A DNA stretch of 63,740 bases, the filler included, from Octopus bimaculoides (taxonomy: Eukaryota): assembly GCF_001194135.2 (NCBI RefSeq). It is 7 parts of 7 records of this genome, joined end to end, with 100 filler letters (N's around TTAATTAATTAA, not from the genome) between each part and the next. Parts side by side here need not be neighbours in the genome. Positions count along the whole stretch, not along the records: positions 28,402 to 49,662 come from NC_068996.1; positions 49,763 to 59,882 come from NC_069003.1; 5 more parts are not named here. One strand, written 5' to 3'. A program made the position numbers and the translations under genes. Of this stretch, positions 39,559 to 51,890 are shown piece after piece (positions within the stretch are counted from its first letter, which is position 1; each line of letters begins with the position of its first letter). A model generated the notes under the pieces. The model saw only the letters and a program-made list of their open reading frames with translations, had not been told where the DNA came from and searched no databases.

Positions 39559-39916
39559 ATATTGTTATATTTGAGACGGTCATTTTTTTCTTCCCATATA
39601 ACCACACGCACTGTATATTCGTTCTTCACTTCAGCTTTATTATTGTTCTTATTTTATTGTCGTCTGTTTCAAATCTTTCATCCCACGTTCTCTGACACCT
39701 TCAACGACTCTCCACGTGTCCAAATTGGACTGAACAGGACAGAAGACAAGTGGGACGCAGAGTTGCCGAAGAGGTCAGAAGAAGTGTGATGAAAAGTTTC
39801 AGACAAAGTACATCAAAATAAGGAATATAATAAAACTGAAGTGAAGAACGAGTAAATAGTGTGTGTATTTATTCGGCAAAAAAAAAAGGAAAACAAATGA
39901 CTATCCAGAAACATAT

Positions 39917-39924
<8 letters not shown>
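39559..39924. repeat. Imperfect ~365-bp foldback (MITE-like)
   Basis: Arms pair along their length, e.g. tcgttcttcacttcagctttatta versus taataaaactgaagtgaagaacga, and atattgttatat..gtcattt versus aaatgac..atataacaatat. Confidence 0.8.
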
Positions 39925-39964
<40 letters not shown>

Positions 39965-40751
39965 TTTTTTTTTTTACCATGCATTTGATTATTCTCATCG
40001 TATTTTCTCATAAAAAGTCTGAATAATAATTCGTTTCATTCAACTCATGAATCTTGTTCGTTGAAAATGGTGGACAATCTGAGGCCCTGGTGGGCCTGCG
40101 TTATAGTATTCGGTCTTTGATGCAATTTCCTTGTTTAAATCCGGATCACAAATTAAGGCGCATGTCAGTTGACAGAAAAAAATGCAATCGTAACGCTATG
40201 TGCGATTTCACTTATATTCATTTCATATTTTATCTCAATTCTTTAACTCAGTTCCATATTCATCAAAAACAAAGTGCCCCATCAGGTCTCCGAGAAACCA
40301 AGAAATGTGCACTTGGCTTTGTAGGCATATAACCGTGTACAGGGAGGTAGGCTGTACATCTAACCAGATACGCGAAACTCACGTAAAATAATCAAATTAA
40401 ATCGTGTTAGTATATTAGATATCTTTGCTATCACTGTATTGCATTTTGATAGCTCTAATTTCGTTGTTAATTTTTGCCCAGTAGGCATCTCTGAATAATT
40501 TGGTGAAAATGAGAATTCTTTTTTTTTTTTTTGTTACCGCTACTCGCGTACATACATTTACATCAAATTAATGGTCGCCTGACTAATTTTCCAGGTGTGT
40601 AGAAGGCTATACTTTACTGAGAATGTCTAATAAGACGGAAAATTTCCGGTTTGTCACCAACACTAACCAAAATCAGATTAAATTAACATTAGCCACTGAG
40701 CTTGTTTCCTATTTCTCATCGTATAACTTCAGTAAGACGGCAATAAATTAG

Positions 40752-41100
40752 CTTTGCTCTTGATGGCTAACTTGACTGTTGACTTGATGGTTAACTTGAC
40801 TCTTACTCTACTGCCAACTCAAATATTAACTTGAATGCTGACTTCACTGCAAATTTGAGCGCCTGCTGAGCTGTTAGTCTGGCTGCTAATTGAACGGTTA
40901 AGGTGACTGCTAAGTTAGCTGGTAGCTGGACTATTTACTGGGATATTTATTTACCTATTTAGGAGACTGTTGATACGACTGCATACTGGACTGTTTAATT
41001 TACTGTTAACTACTGTATATTTATTGATAACTTTATTAATTTAGATGTTAACTTGACTATTAGCTTCATCTATCATTTGACGATTAACTAACTCTGAACT
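40752..41100 (-). repeat. Degenerate 12-bp tandem repeat (consensus AGTCAAGTTAAC, S-Q-V-N)
   Basis: Minus strand reads ..SQVN I*IN..SKLN SPVC SRIN SLLN R*IN IPVN SPAT S*LS SHLN RSIS SQTN SSAG AQIC SEVS IQVN I*VG..SQVN HQVN SQVS. Confidence 0.75.
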
Positions 41101-41346
41101 AAGCAAAACAAGAAAAAATTGTACAGTAAGAAAGCCTAGAGAGGGCTTGTTTAGCAGAAGGTCTTCAGAACCGACACTTATGCAAATATTCAGCCGTAAA
41201 TTTTGGAGATTTTTACTACCTACTTTCATTTTTATTTCACCTGAACTATAATTCAAAAGTAATATATATGTGAGTGCGTGTGCGTGCGTGTGTTTGTATA
41301 ATACATACATACATACATACATACATGCACACACACATACATATAC

Positions 41347-41398
<52 letters not shown>

Positions 41399-41827
41399 NN
41401 NNNNNNNNNNNNNNNNNNNNNNNNNNNNNNNNNNNNNNNNNNNNNNNNNNNNNNNNNNNNNNNNNNNNNNNNNNNNNNNNNNNNNNNNNNNNNNNNNNNN
41501 NNNNNNNNNNNNNNNNNNNNNNNNNNNNNNNNNNNNNNNNNNNNNNNNNNNNNNNNNNNNNNNNNNNNNNNNNNNNNNNNNNNNNNNNNNNNNNNNNNNN
41601 NNNNNNNNNNNNNNNNNNNNNNNNNNNNNNNNNNNNNNNNNNNNNNNNNNNNNNNNNNNNNNNNNNNNNNNNNNNNNNNNNCTTTCTGTAAACGACTACG
41701 ATCAATTACTGAAACACATATTTACGAAGTTCATAAATTTCAATATTCCGTACAAGATAGTTTTTAACGTGCTTTTATTTATACGATTTTTGGGCGTTCC
41801 ATGTAAATCTCATTCATTCTTTCCAAT

Positions 41828-41883
<56 letters not shown>

Positions 41884-41981
41884 TCACACATACGTAGAAG
41901 AAATGTATGACTATTTATGTATGTACGTATAATTGTCGACACACCCCTTCACTGGCTCTGTCTGTCTGTCTGTCTGTCTGC

Positions 41982-42013
<32 letters not shown>

Positions 42014-42195
42014 GCACACACGCGCACGCGCGCATACACACGTGTGTCTTTGTTAATATGTTTGTATATATTTATGTATTTGTGTGTTTGTAAGAGATAG
42101 AGTGTGAGTGAGTCAAGGGGTGTGTTGTCATATGCATCCATCATTTTTGGATGTATGTGTGTGAGACAGAGTGAGAGAGCGGTGTGTATGTAGTA

Positions 42196-42408
42196 CTAGC
42201 AGAGGCACCCGGCGTTGCCCGGGAATGAAATTGTTGCTTATATACTTGAAGAAAAAAGGCAAAATATGCTGTATAGAAATTTGAGAGGACATTCTGTAGA
42301 TGGACTCTCAGATGAATGATGGCTGGGCGCCTCTCATGAATGGGGAAAATTGAAGATGTGCCAAAAAGCCTCATTGGTACTTGGAAACTTTTACGAAAAT
42401 TAAAATGG
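42196..42408 (-). mobile_element. Non-autonomous Helitron 3' end (rest in gap)
   Basis: CTAG terminus with subterminal hairpin CCCGG-GCAACG-CCGGG on the minus strand; about 90% identical to 43600-43814. Confidence 0.85.
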
Positions 42409-43529
42409 NNNNNNNNNNNNNNNNNNNNNNNNNNNNNNNNNNNNNNNNNNNNNNNNNNNNNNNNNNNNNNNNNNNNNNNNNNNNNNNNNNNNNNNNNNNN
42501 NNNNNNNNNNNNNNNNNNNNNNNNNNNNNNNNNNNNNNNNNNNNNNNNNNNNNNNNNNNNNNNNNNNNNNNNNNNNNNNNNNNNNNNNNNNNNNNNNNNN
42601 NNNNNNNNNNNNNNNNNNNNNNNNNNNNNNNNNNNNNNNNNNNNNNNNNNNNNNNNNNNNNNNNNNNNNNNNNNNNNNNNNNNNNNNNNNNNNNNNNNNN
42701 NNNNNNNNNNNNNNNNNNNNNNNNNNNNNNNNNNNNNNNNNNNNNNNNNNNNNNNNNNNNNNNNNNNNNNNNNNNNNNNNNNNNNNNNNNNNNNNNNNNN
42801 NNNNNNNNNNNNNNNNNNNNNNNNNNNNNNNNNNNNNNNNNNNNNNNNNNNNNNNNNNNNNNNNNNNNNNNNNNNNNNNNNNNNNNNNNNNNNNNNNNNN
42901 NNNNNNNNNNNNNNNNNNNNNNNNNNNNNNNNNNNNNNNNNNNNNNNNNNNNNNNNNNNNNNNNNNNNNNNNNNNNNNNNNNNNNNNNNNNNNNNNNNNN
43001 NNNNNNNNNNNNNNNNNNNNNNNNNNNNNNNNNNNNNNNNNNNNNNNNNNNNNNNNNNNNNNNNNNNNNNNNNNNNNNNNNNNNNNNNNNNNNNNNNNNN
43101 NNNNNNNNNNNNNNNNNNNNNNNNNNNNNNNNNNNNNNNNNNNNNNNNNNNNNNNNNNNNNNNNNNNNNNNNNNNNNNNNNNNNNNNNNNNNNNNNNNNN
43201 NNNNNNNNNNNNNNNNNNNNNNNNNNNNNNNNNNNNNNNNNNNNNNNNNNNNNNNNNNNNNNNNNNNNNNNNNNNNNNNNNNNNNNNNNNNNNNNNNNNN
43301 NNNNNNNNNNNNNNNNNNNNNNNNNNNNNNNNNACACACACACACACACACACACACAAAGATGTATGCATATTTATGCATGTACGTATACATGACAACA
43401 AACCTCTCTCTCTCTCACTCTCTCTCTCTCTCTCTGTCACACACACACACACACACACTTCCATTTCATCTGATGTGTGATATTCTGTGTGTGTGCGTGC
43501 GCGTTCGTGTGTGCTTTCGTGCGTGCGTG

Positions 43530-43813
43530 AGGGGTTCCAAAATCGCAATTTATTTCAATTACTCTTGTGAGGATATTCACGTAAATCATTTTTTTCATTT
43601 AATCCACATTTTAATTTTCGTAAAAGTTTCCAAGTACCAATGAGGCTTTTTGGCGCATCTTCAATTTTCCAATTCATGAGAGGTACCCAGTCATCATTCA
43701 TCTGAGAGTCCATCTACAGAATGTCCTCAGATTTCTATACAGCATATTTTGCTTTTTCCTTCCAGTATATAAGCAACAATTTCATTCCCGGGCAACGCCG
43801 GGTTGCTCTGCTA

Positions 43814-43814
<1 letters not shown>
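43530..43814 (+). mobile_element. Non-autonomous Helitron
   Basis: Hairpin CCCGG(43787-43791)GCAACG CCGGG(43798-43802), 8 nt, then CTAG(43811-43814) followed by T: a canonical Helitron 3' end. 5' boundary uncertain. Confidence 0.85.
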
Positions 43815-43855
<41 letters not shown>

Positions 43856-43984
43856 CTATTACAGTTTTTGTAATGGAGTAATATCTTAAAAAGATAAGTA
43901 AGAAACAGCTACCTCCTTACTTCTTTCCACAAAGCCTCAATATTTACTCTGCCGCCTACATTTAGGTCAATTGTTAAGCCTTGG

Positions 43985-44165
43985 ATTGGCAGTTTACGTA
44001 ATGAAAGGTCATATGTGTTTCAGCAAGACTCAAGTAGTGCAGGAATGGATAGCTGAACATTTTCATGATCACGTAACATCTTATATTCGCTTTCCTAATT
44101 CCCCAGATCTCAATCTATTGGACTACTACGTATGGAGCGTTGTTGAGAGAGAGAGGGGTCAATGA
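43985..44165 (+). mobile_element. Tc1/mariner-superfamily DDxD (maT-like) transposase fragment
   Basis: YVFQQDS..VQEWIAEHF..PNSPDLNLLDYYVWSVVERE. Confidence 0.75.
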
Positions 44166-44187
44166 ACTCACCCAGAACACCAAAAAT

Positions 44188-44750
44188 TCTTTGAAAACCG
44201 TGAAATCCGGCTTTGTGCAGCTTCCGGTGAACAGTTTTTGTGGAAACTGGGTTCTCGAGGTGGTCATTAAGCTCTGTAGTAATTTTGGGAGCTGTATTTT
44301 TGTGATCCTTGCTAACAATTCGCGTAAGAGTTCGACTGTCCCTATCTGAAAGTTTTGGTTTTCTTCCGGAGTTTCGTTTCGATGAGGAGGTTTTTCCCTC
44401 TTCCTCAAAGGCTATCATTACTTTTTCAAGACAGTACTTCTTAGTACACCAAACATTTCGGCTGTTTTCGTTACGCCAGCCCCTGGCATACGAGCACCAA
44501 CAATTTGACCTCTTTGAAAGTTCGATGGAGTTGTCATTTTAACGCTATATATTGCATCGATGGAGTTGTCAGTCGTGTTTGTTTATCCGTGGACAAGATA
44601 TCTCGCTGGATGGATTCGGATGAAACTTTCAGGGATGTTTGGCCTCGTAACTGTCACGAACTGCTTAGATCTTGGGATCGATCCGGGACCGGGCAAGGAT
44701 TCTGGTTTTTATTACATTTATTACATTTTTCTGATGATATCTGAAAAGAG
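44188..44750 (-). mobile_element. Tc1 fragment, same family as 5610-7137, interrupted by an insertion
   Basis: SGRKPKLSDRDSRTLTRIVSKDHKNTAPKITTELNDHLENPVSTKTV matches the 6.6-6.9 kb copy. Homology resumes at 44726-44749 after the inserted segment. Confidence 0.88.
44569..44724 (+). repeat. 156-bp exact duplicate of 46106-46261
   Basis: Base-by-base identical by manual comparison. Confidence 0.95.
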
Positions 44751-44862
44751 CGGGGAAAATGGAATAGTCTTTTTCGTTTCGAGCCTACGGTCTTCTATAG
44801 AAAAGACTAAGAGGAAATAAGTAAGTAGAGAATGAAGAAAAAAAGTGTAGAGCTCAGCGGTC

Positions 44863-44923
<61 letters not shown>

Positions 44924-46067
44924 CACACACACACACACACATTATATTGCATGTGTGTGTGCGTGTGTGAGCGCATGTAAGTGTATGTGTGTGCATGCAT
45001 GCGTATGCATATATATATACATATTCACACGCTTACATATATATATAAACATAGATATACATAGGAGATAAAATTGCGAATACACATATCCACACCACAT
45101 ATACACATGCACATGCACCCAAACATAAACACACCCACATATATGCGGACATTCATTTACACATGCATAAATACATTATCTAAAAGTTATATAATCATCC
45201 ACAATACCAAAACAATAAAAGATAAATATTATAAAAATTAAAATTTAGAGCTTACCATAAACTTAAATGATAAAACATTTCACACAAATAAACAAATATC
45301 TGTAAAAATAAACATTAGGTCACACAATTTTACAGAGATATAATGGCAGATATGTGCCCATCTAGTCACGTGATTGTATGAATAAAGTGTTCACTTATAT
45401 CAACAAATGAATAAAGTGTTCTGTATTAAATGAAACCGTAGTTTTTAAAAGTTGCATAAGATTGTGGTAACACCTCAAAACATTCTCCGAATGTTTGTCA
45501 ACAGAACGTTGTACAGTAAAATGAAAAGAATCACTTGCAAGCGAAGACACTATAATCTAGAAGCGTTCACTACTGTTGTGTGGTTCTTATTACAGACCTT
45601 GAAATGTACTGAATTTTCTATTCCGTGAGATTCCACACTAGGTTGGCGAGAGATGTATTGTGCCTTTTGTCTTTGCAGCGAAACTGCGTAATATGGTTAC
45701 GCCATCGATTTTTGGAAAATACCGTTAGTGTGCTGACATGAAAATTCATTTGCATGAGATCTTACTGTGCATTGCTATACTATGACCTTTCTTAGAGATT
45801 CATGTCCCAGAAGGTCCACATTTCAGCATCTCATTATTAAGAAACTGGCTCTTAAGAGGATTTTCCATGTTATTAACATTTGTATAATTAATACGATAAT
45901 TATTATTATTGTTGCAACTACTATTGTTACTATGATTATTATATTATTATTTCTTTTTATCTCAAGTTTGTTGGAACTTCTGGAGTCTTGCCTGCAGCCT
46001 ACGATACCATGCTGTTTGTTCTATTCAACTATCCAATACTTTAGTTACTCTTTTATTATTTATATCA

Positions 46068-46261
46068 TTATTACTTCCACCTTAGCGAAGGCGGAGGTAT
46101 TGTTTTCAGTCGTGTTTGTTTATCCGTGGACAAGATATCTCGCTGGATGGATTCGGATGAAACTTTCAGGGATGTTTGGCCTCGTAACTGTCACGAACTG
46201 CTTAGATCTTGGGATCGATCCGGGACCGGGCAAGGATTCTGGTTTTTATTACATTTATTAC
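46068..46261 (+). mobile_element. Truncated HINE/DINE-like (Helentron-associated) element
   Basis: Starts ttattacttccaccttagcgaaggcggaggtattgttttcagtcgtgtttgtttatcc, resembling HINE-type termini with a subterminal hairpin and a short (GTTT)-type tract. Confidence 0.55.
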
Positions 46262-46289
46262 TGTTAATAATATTATCACCATTAGCGTT

Positions 46290-47060
46290 ATGCAAAGGGG
46301 TTGGACCAATTCTTCCAGTGTTATTTCCATTATTGTTAGCAGGATTTATATCAGGATGCGTTTTATTGCTAGTATTAATCTGTTCTAGGTTAAGCTTCTC
46401 ATTATTAAATCTATGAATATAATATTCCAAATTATATGACATGGCGTATGCCAATTTCTCTGTGTGTCTATTGAAAATCTTATGATTTTTATTTGGTTTA
46501 GATATTTATTTGGCGTATATTTAAGGAAGAGAAAAAAACTTAGTTGACACGTGCAGTTTGAATACAGAATTATACCATAAAATACTCCTTTATTGAACGT
46601 ATTATCTCTAGACTGATAGTTATTGCTATTTAGATTCACAATTCTATGTGATGAAGAATCTATAATTAACCTGAGCTACTTCCCTTGTATGATATGCAGT
46701 ATTGTTATTCATATTTTTCGAACAGGTTATAGATTTTTCTCTTATCTTAAAGATAGCCACTTTTACTTCCAGTTATTATATGTCCCCTATCCTACCTACT
46801 AATATAAATTTTTGCGTTGTTAGTGTTATATTTATACTCTACATTATTATTTAGCATCAGTCTAAACTATTCCTTATATCCAGCTCTGGGTAGCGTACGA
46901 TGCAATATATAACATACGATTTAAATATCCTTTCATTAAATGATAGACATGATATACTATATGATACACTATTTATTATCCTATCATTAGTAGGGTGCGG
47001 ATGATTGGAGTATTTACTTACACATTTTAAGCTTTTGTTGAGTTTATGGTATGTCTTCTA
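46290..47060 (-). mobile_element. Degenerate Penelope-like fragment
   Basis: Minus strand: RKLNKSLKCVSKYSNHP..IINSVSYSISCLSFNERIF (RT thumb of Neptune-like PLEs), followed by stop-riddled downstream sequence. Confidence 0.6.
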
Positions 47061-47486
47061 TATTCATTCTTTTCTCTCGAACGGCTAAACTGTACTTGTG
47101 GTTAACAGTTTAGTCGTGTTTGTTTTAATATTCTGTTTTAGTGTACTAAGTTAGTGAAAGCGTTTGGCGTAGTTGCACTCACGCACCAGATCGTGAGTTT
47201 GATTCCTGGAGCGGGTAGCGCATTGTGTTCTTCAGGGGAAAATATTTCCTTTCACGTCGAAGAATAGACCCAACATTTCTGCTGCGTGTGTAAAAAACGA
47301 CTAAAAGTGATTGAGGTAGGATTTGCACTACGATCACATAACCGCCCCCACTCCCACCCCAGCAGCAACGACTATCTAAGCGGACCTATGAGTTGGAGGA
47401 TTATCGCCTGAATGGCGCAAAGGTGTTCTCCACCAGGTGTTATAGGGAATCACCAAAACATGACGCGCGGTTACAGACCATGATCC

Positions 47487-47558
<72 letters not shown>

Positions 47559-49453
47559 AGTTACGTAATTTAATTTAGAAAAATTCTTGTCTCGTAACTG
47601 AGGAATCTTCATTGGCGATTGTTGCTGAAATAATACGAATATAATGCAATAGATTTAATGTATTTATTACATAATGATATTTTCACAAGTATCTGCTAGT
47701 AAAGTGACGATGAAACAATTGTAGCATTATGCAATAAAGTGTATTTGCTCAATCAAAGGTCTCTGGCTTACACTAATATGCATGTGTGTGTGTGTGTGTG
47801 TGTGTGTTTGTGTATGTGTTTGTGCGTGTGTGTGTGTTTGTTTGCGTGTGAATGTGCGTGCGTATGTATGTTTGTGCATGTGTGTCCATGTGCATGTGTT
47901 TGTGCGCACATACACGAGCGTTGACGGAAACCCATATTAATAATCTACTTTTGAAATGGACGAAACGGATTTAAATAAGACATTACTTTGTTATTGTTTT
48001 TGAACAGCGTATATTGCCTAAAACCTTATTTTCGAAAACACGAGTCTAATCCGAAAGAAAGAAGAAAATATTGCACATCTGGCAACAGCTTGCCCTGCAG
48101 GGTTCAAGTTGTTTAAGTGTCTTGCCGAAGGTTTTGAAGATAGACTTTGCCTGAGGAAACATGCATGTTCCCCGCCGAAGCGTGAAGTATTGTTTCATTT
48201 GCTCGGACTCTCGCAACTCTTTCGCTCTTTCTTCATCTTTACCTTTCTCTCTTTCTCTGCCCCATCCTCACCACCCTCTCTCTTTCTGAGCGTCTCTGCA
48301 CGAACCCAGTCTGTTTCCTACAAAGACAATAAGTCAGACGCATTCACAATAACACCAACACACACACACACACGCATAAACAGACTCACATGTGTGCATT
48401 TTTCGCTAGTGTTGCCCACATGCATCCCGGTGGGTAACAGTCTAACACTCCTTTTCCCCCCTCTTTTTCTCTCACTCTCTCTCTCTCACTTCTTTCTCTC
48501 ACTCTCTCTCACTCCCTCGCAATTCATGTTTATGCATGTATATGTGTGCATATATATTTGCTTGCTATATATATATTATATATATATNNNNNNNNNNNNN
48601 NNNNNNNNNNNNNNNNNNNNNNNNNNNNNNNNNNNNNNNNNNNNNNNNNNNNNNNNNNNNNNNNNNNNNNNNNNNNNNNNNNNNNNNNNNNNNNNNNNNN
48701 NNNNNNNNNNNNNNNNNNNNNNNNNNNNNNNNNNNNNNNNNNNNNNNNNNNNNNNNNNNNNNNNNNNNNNNNNNNNNNNNNNNNNNNNNNNNNNNNNNNN
48801 NNNNNNNNNNNNNNNNNNNNNNNNNNNNNNNNNNNNNNNNNNNNNNNNNNNNNNNNNNNNNNNNNNNNNNNNNNNNNNNNNNNNNNNNNNNNNNNNNNNN
48901 NNNNNNNNNNNNNNNNNNNNNNNNNNNNNNNNNNNNNNNNNNNNNNNNNNNNNNNNNNNNNNNNNNNNNNNNNNNNNNNNNNNNNNNNNNNNNNNNNNNN
49001 NNNNNNNNNNNNNNNNNNNNNNNNNNNNNNNNNNNNNNNNNNNNNNNNNNNNNNNNNNNNNNNNNNNNNNNNNNNNNNNNNNNNNNNNNNNNNNNNNNNN
49101 NNNNNNNNNNNNNNNNNNNNNNNNNNNNNNNNNNNNNNNNNNNNNNNNNNNNNNNNNNNNNNNNNNNNNNNNNNNNNNNNNNNNNNNNNNNNNNNNNNNN
49201 NNNNNNNNNNNNNNNNNNNNNNNNNNNNNATATATATATCCCTTTACGCTCAATATGATATATATTATATATTCACCAGTGTGCATATAGACAGCAGAGA
49301 AGACAGATCAGTGGTGGTGTAAGGAAATGATAAAAATGTCGATGAAAATGGGAGCAAAGGAGATGAATAGAATAAAAAGAAAGAAATAAAGAAGCAAGAA
49401 AGAAATAAAGGAAGAAGGAAGAAGGAAAGAAAGAAAGAAAAAAGGAGGAAAGA

Positions 49454-49486
<33 letters not shown>

Positions 49487-49810
49487 CAACGGAGAGAAAT
49501 ACAGAGAAAGAAAGAGGAAAAGAACTGTGCAGAGAATGAAAGTGACACACACATACATATTTACATACATACATTTATACATACATACAAACATACACAC
49601 ATACATACATACACACATACATACATACACACACACAGATATATATGTATATGTATAAGATCNNNNNNNNNNNNNNNNNNNNNNNNNNNNNNNNNNNNNN
49701 NNNNNNTTAATTAATTAANNNNNNNNNNNNNNNNNNNNNNNNNNNNNNNNNNNNNNNNNNNNATATATATATATATATTTATATATATAGATAGATAGAT
49801 AGATAGATAA

Positions 49811-49847
<37 letters not shown>

Positions 49848-50085
49848 GATAGATAGATAGATAGATAAATATATATATATACATATATATATAACTGCGT
49901 CTGCACCTCTTCAGTGCGAACCGCAAGTAAGTTATAATTCTCAGAATCCTATACAAGTTGTTCGGCCTATTTCTAGCACATTAAATGTCCACTTTACTGG
50001 TCGTCTTTATATATATATATATATTTATTTATTTATTTATGGGTTTCAGCCAAGCGGCTGTGGTCATGCTGGAGCACCACCGTGA

Positions 50086-50121
<36 letters not shown>

Positions 50122-50299
50122 GTGTGTGTATGTATTATATATGTATGCATGTATGTAAATATATGTGTGTATGTGTATATATATGCATGCATGTGTGTAT
50201 GTGTATATATATGTATATATATATATATATATGATGTCAGTAGTAGGAGGGAGAAAAGTGGTAGAGGGCAGAGAGAGACAGACAGAGAGCAGAGAAGGG

Positions 50300-50470
50300 G
50301 AATGCCAGTCTGTTGGAGTGTTTTCCCATTTACTGGTGAGTGCATTGGAGCAATGTGAAGTGAAGTGTCTTGCTCAAGAGCACAATGCATCACCTGGTCT
50401 GGGAATTGAAGTCACCATATCGCTATCATCGGTGCAACAGCCTGAGCTCTCGTCCCTGCACCTTCACATA
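50300..50470 (-). mobile_element. Degenerate type C SINE
   Basis: gtgaagtgtcttgctcaagagcacaatgcatcacctggtctgggaattgaa plus tail cagactggcattccc, homologous to 5838-6094. Confidence 0.7.
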
Positions 50471-50511
50471 CGCACGTGCACACGCACAAACATACAAACA
50501 CACACAAACAT

Positions 50512-50546
<35 letters not shown>

Positions 50547-51399
50547 AACATACACACACAAATATACACACACACACCAACATACACACCAACATCACAC
50601 ACAAACATGCACACACACCCACAAACATTCTCACACACACACACACACACACAAAATTTGCAGATATATGTGCATGTATATATGTATGTGTGCATATATA
50701 TATATATGTGTGTGTGTGAGTAAATGTATAAATCTATCTGTGTGTGTGTGTATATGCATTTATATATATATTGATAGTGAGAGAGAAAGACTTCCAATGG
50801 TAATATACAAATGGTATGCATGAACATTTCTTTGCTTGTGTATATGTATATACACACTCACACACACACATTTTATATACCATATGGTGTATATTACAGT
50901 AAATAAGTAATTTCCTCAGTACTATTATTCAAATATTTTTTTCTCAACTCGCACATACGACCCCCACCCCTTACCCATTCCTGACTCAGATCACTATACA
51001 CCCATCCACTGTCACCACCACCTCCTCCCTCTCCCCCACTCTCTCTCTTTCTCTCTTTACTTCCTGCTGCTACTGTTTTCTTGTGATGGTGGTGAATAGG
51101 GGGGGGCGGTGGGAGGATGTGCTAAGTTTTTCAAATGTTGTTTATTAAAATTGCTCAAGTGCGGAGTTTTCTTTTCTTTTTTTTTTTTAATTAAAATTAA
51201 ATTTTTAATTTACAAAGAATATATGAGTAAAAAACATCAACTCTGAACTTGCAATTTCTAAATATCTTTGGAGTTTATTAATTTAATTATTTTTTGTGTC
51301 TGTCCTTCCCAATTTTTTTATTGATTTTTGTTTTAAGAATATGTTTTTCCTTTTTTTTCTTTTATTGCTTTTTAACCATACTGCAATTTTTGTTGGTCT

Positions 51400-51560
51400 T
51401 ACTTGCGCCGTGGCTCAGTGGTTAGAGTGTGAGGCTTACAATCATGTGGTACTGAGTTCAATACCAGGACCAGGCTGTCTGTTGCATTCTTTAGCAAGAC
51501 ACTTTATTTCACATTGCTGCTGCAGTTCACTCAGCTGTAGAAACGAGTTGCAACATCACT
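51400..51560 (+). mobile_element. Type C SINE head with an unrecognised downstream sequence
   Basis: gccgtggctcagtggttagag..gagttcaatacc..ttagcaagacactttatttcacattgc. Confidence 0.7.
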
Positions 51561-51699
51561 TTTCCATATTCGCCTCCTGGGGACACGGTAAATGGAAGTT
51601 TTCTCTCCACACCAGGGGCTGCCAGAAGATGGTTTGGCTCAGTCCTCCTCTCCTCCAACTGCCTTAGCGGTTCTCCAGAACGGAACCCTGTCGTAATAA

Positions 51700-51890
51700 T
51701 CCTTGCTACTAAAGGCACAAGGCCTGAAATTGTGGCGAGAGGAGACTAGTCAATTACATTGACTCCAGTGTATCACTGGTACTTAATTTATCGACCCTGA
51801 AAGGATGAACGGCAAAGTTGACCTTGGCTGAATTTGAACTCGGAGCATAGCGACGGGCAAAATACCGCCAAGCATTTTGTCCAGCATGCT
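51700..51890 (-). mobile_element. Type A SINE
   Basis: ggtacttaatttatcgaccctgaaaggatgaacggcaaagttgacc..gaatttgaactc. Confidence 0.85.

Noticed and set aside
42141-43643. Very long ORFs in the track (also 17.4-18.2, 20.5-21.5, 28.9-29.6, 48.1-49.3 and 61.3-62.3 kb)
   Set aside because: They are open only because they run through N gaps and dinucleotide repeats.
45660-45730. Good splice acceptor (ttttgtctttgcag) followed by a short open frame KLRNMVTPSIFGKYR*
   Set aside because: No recognisable protein similarity or partner exon; such acceptors arise by chance.
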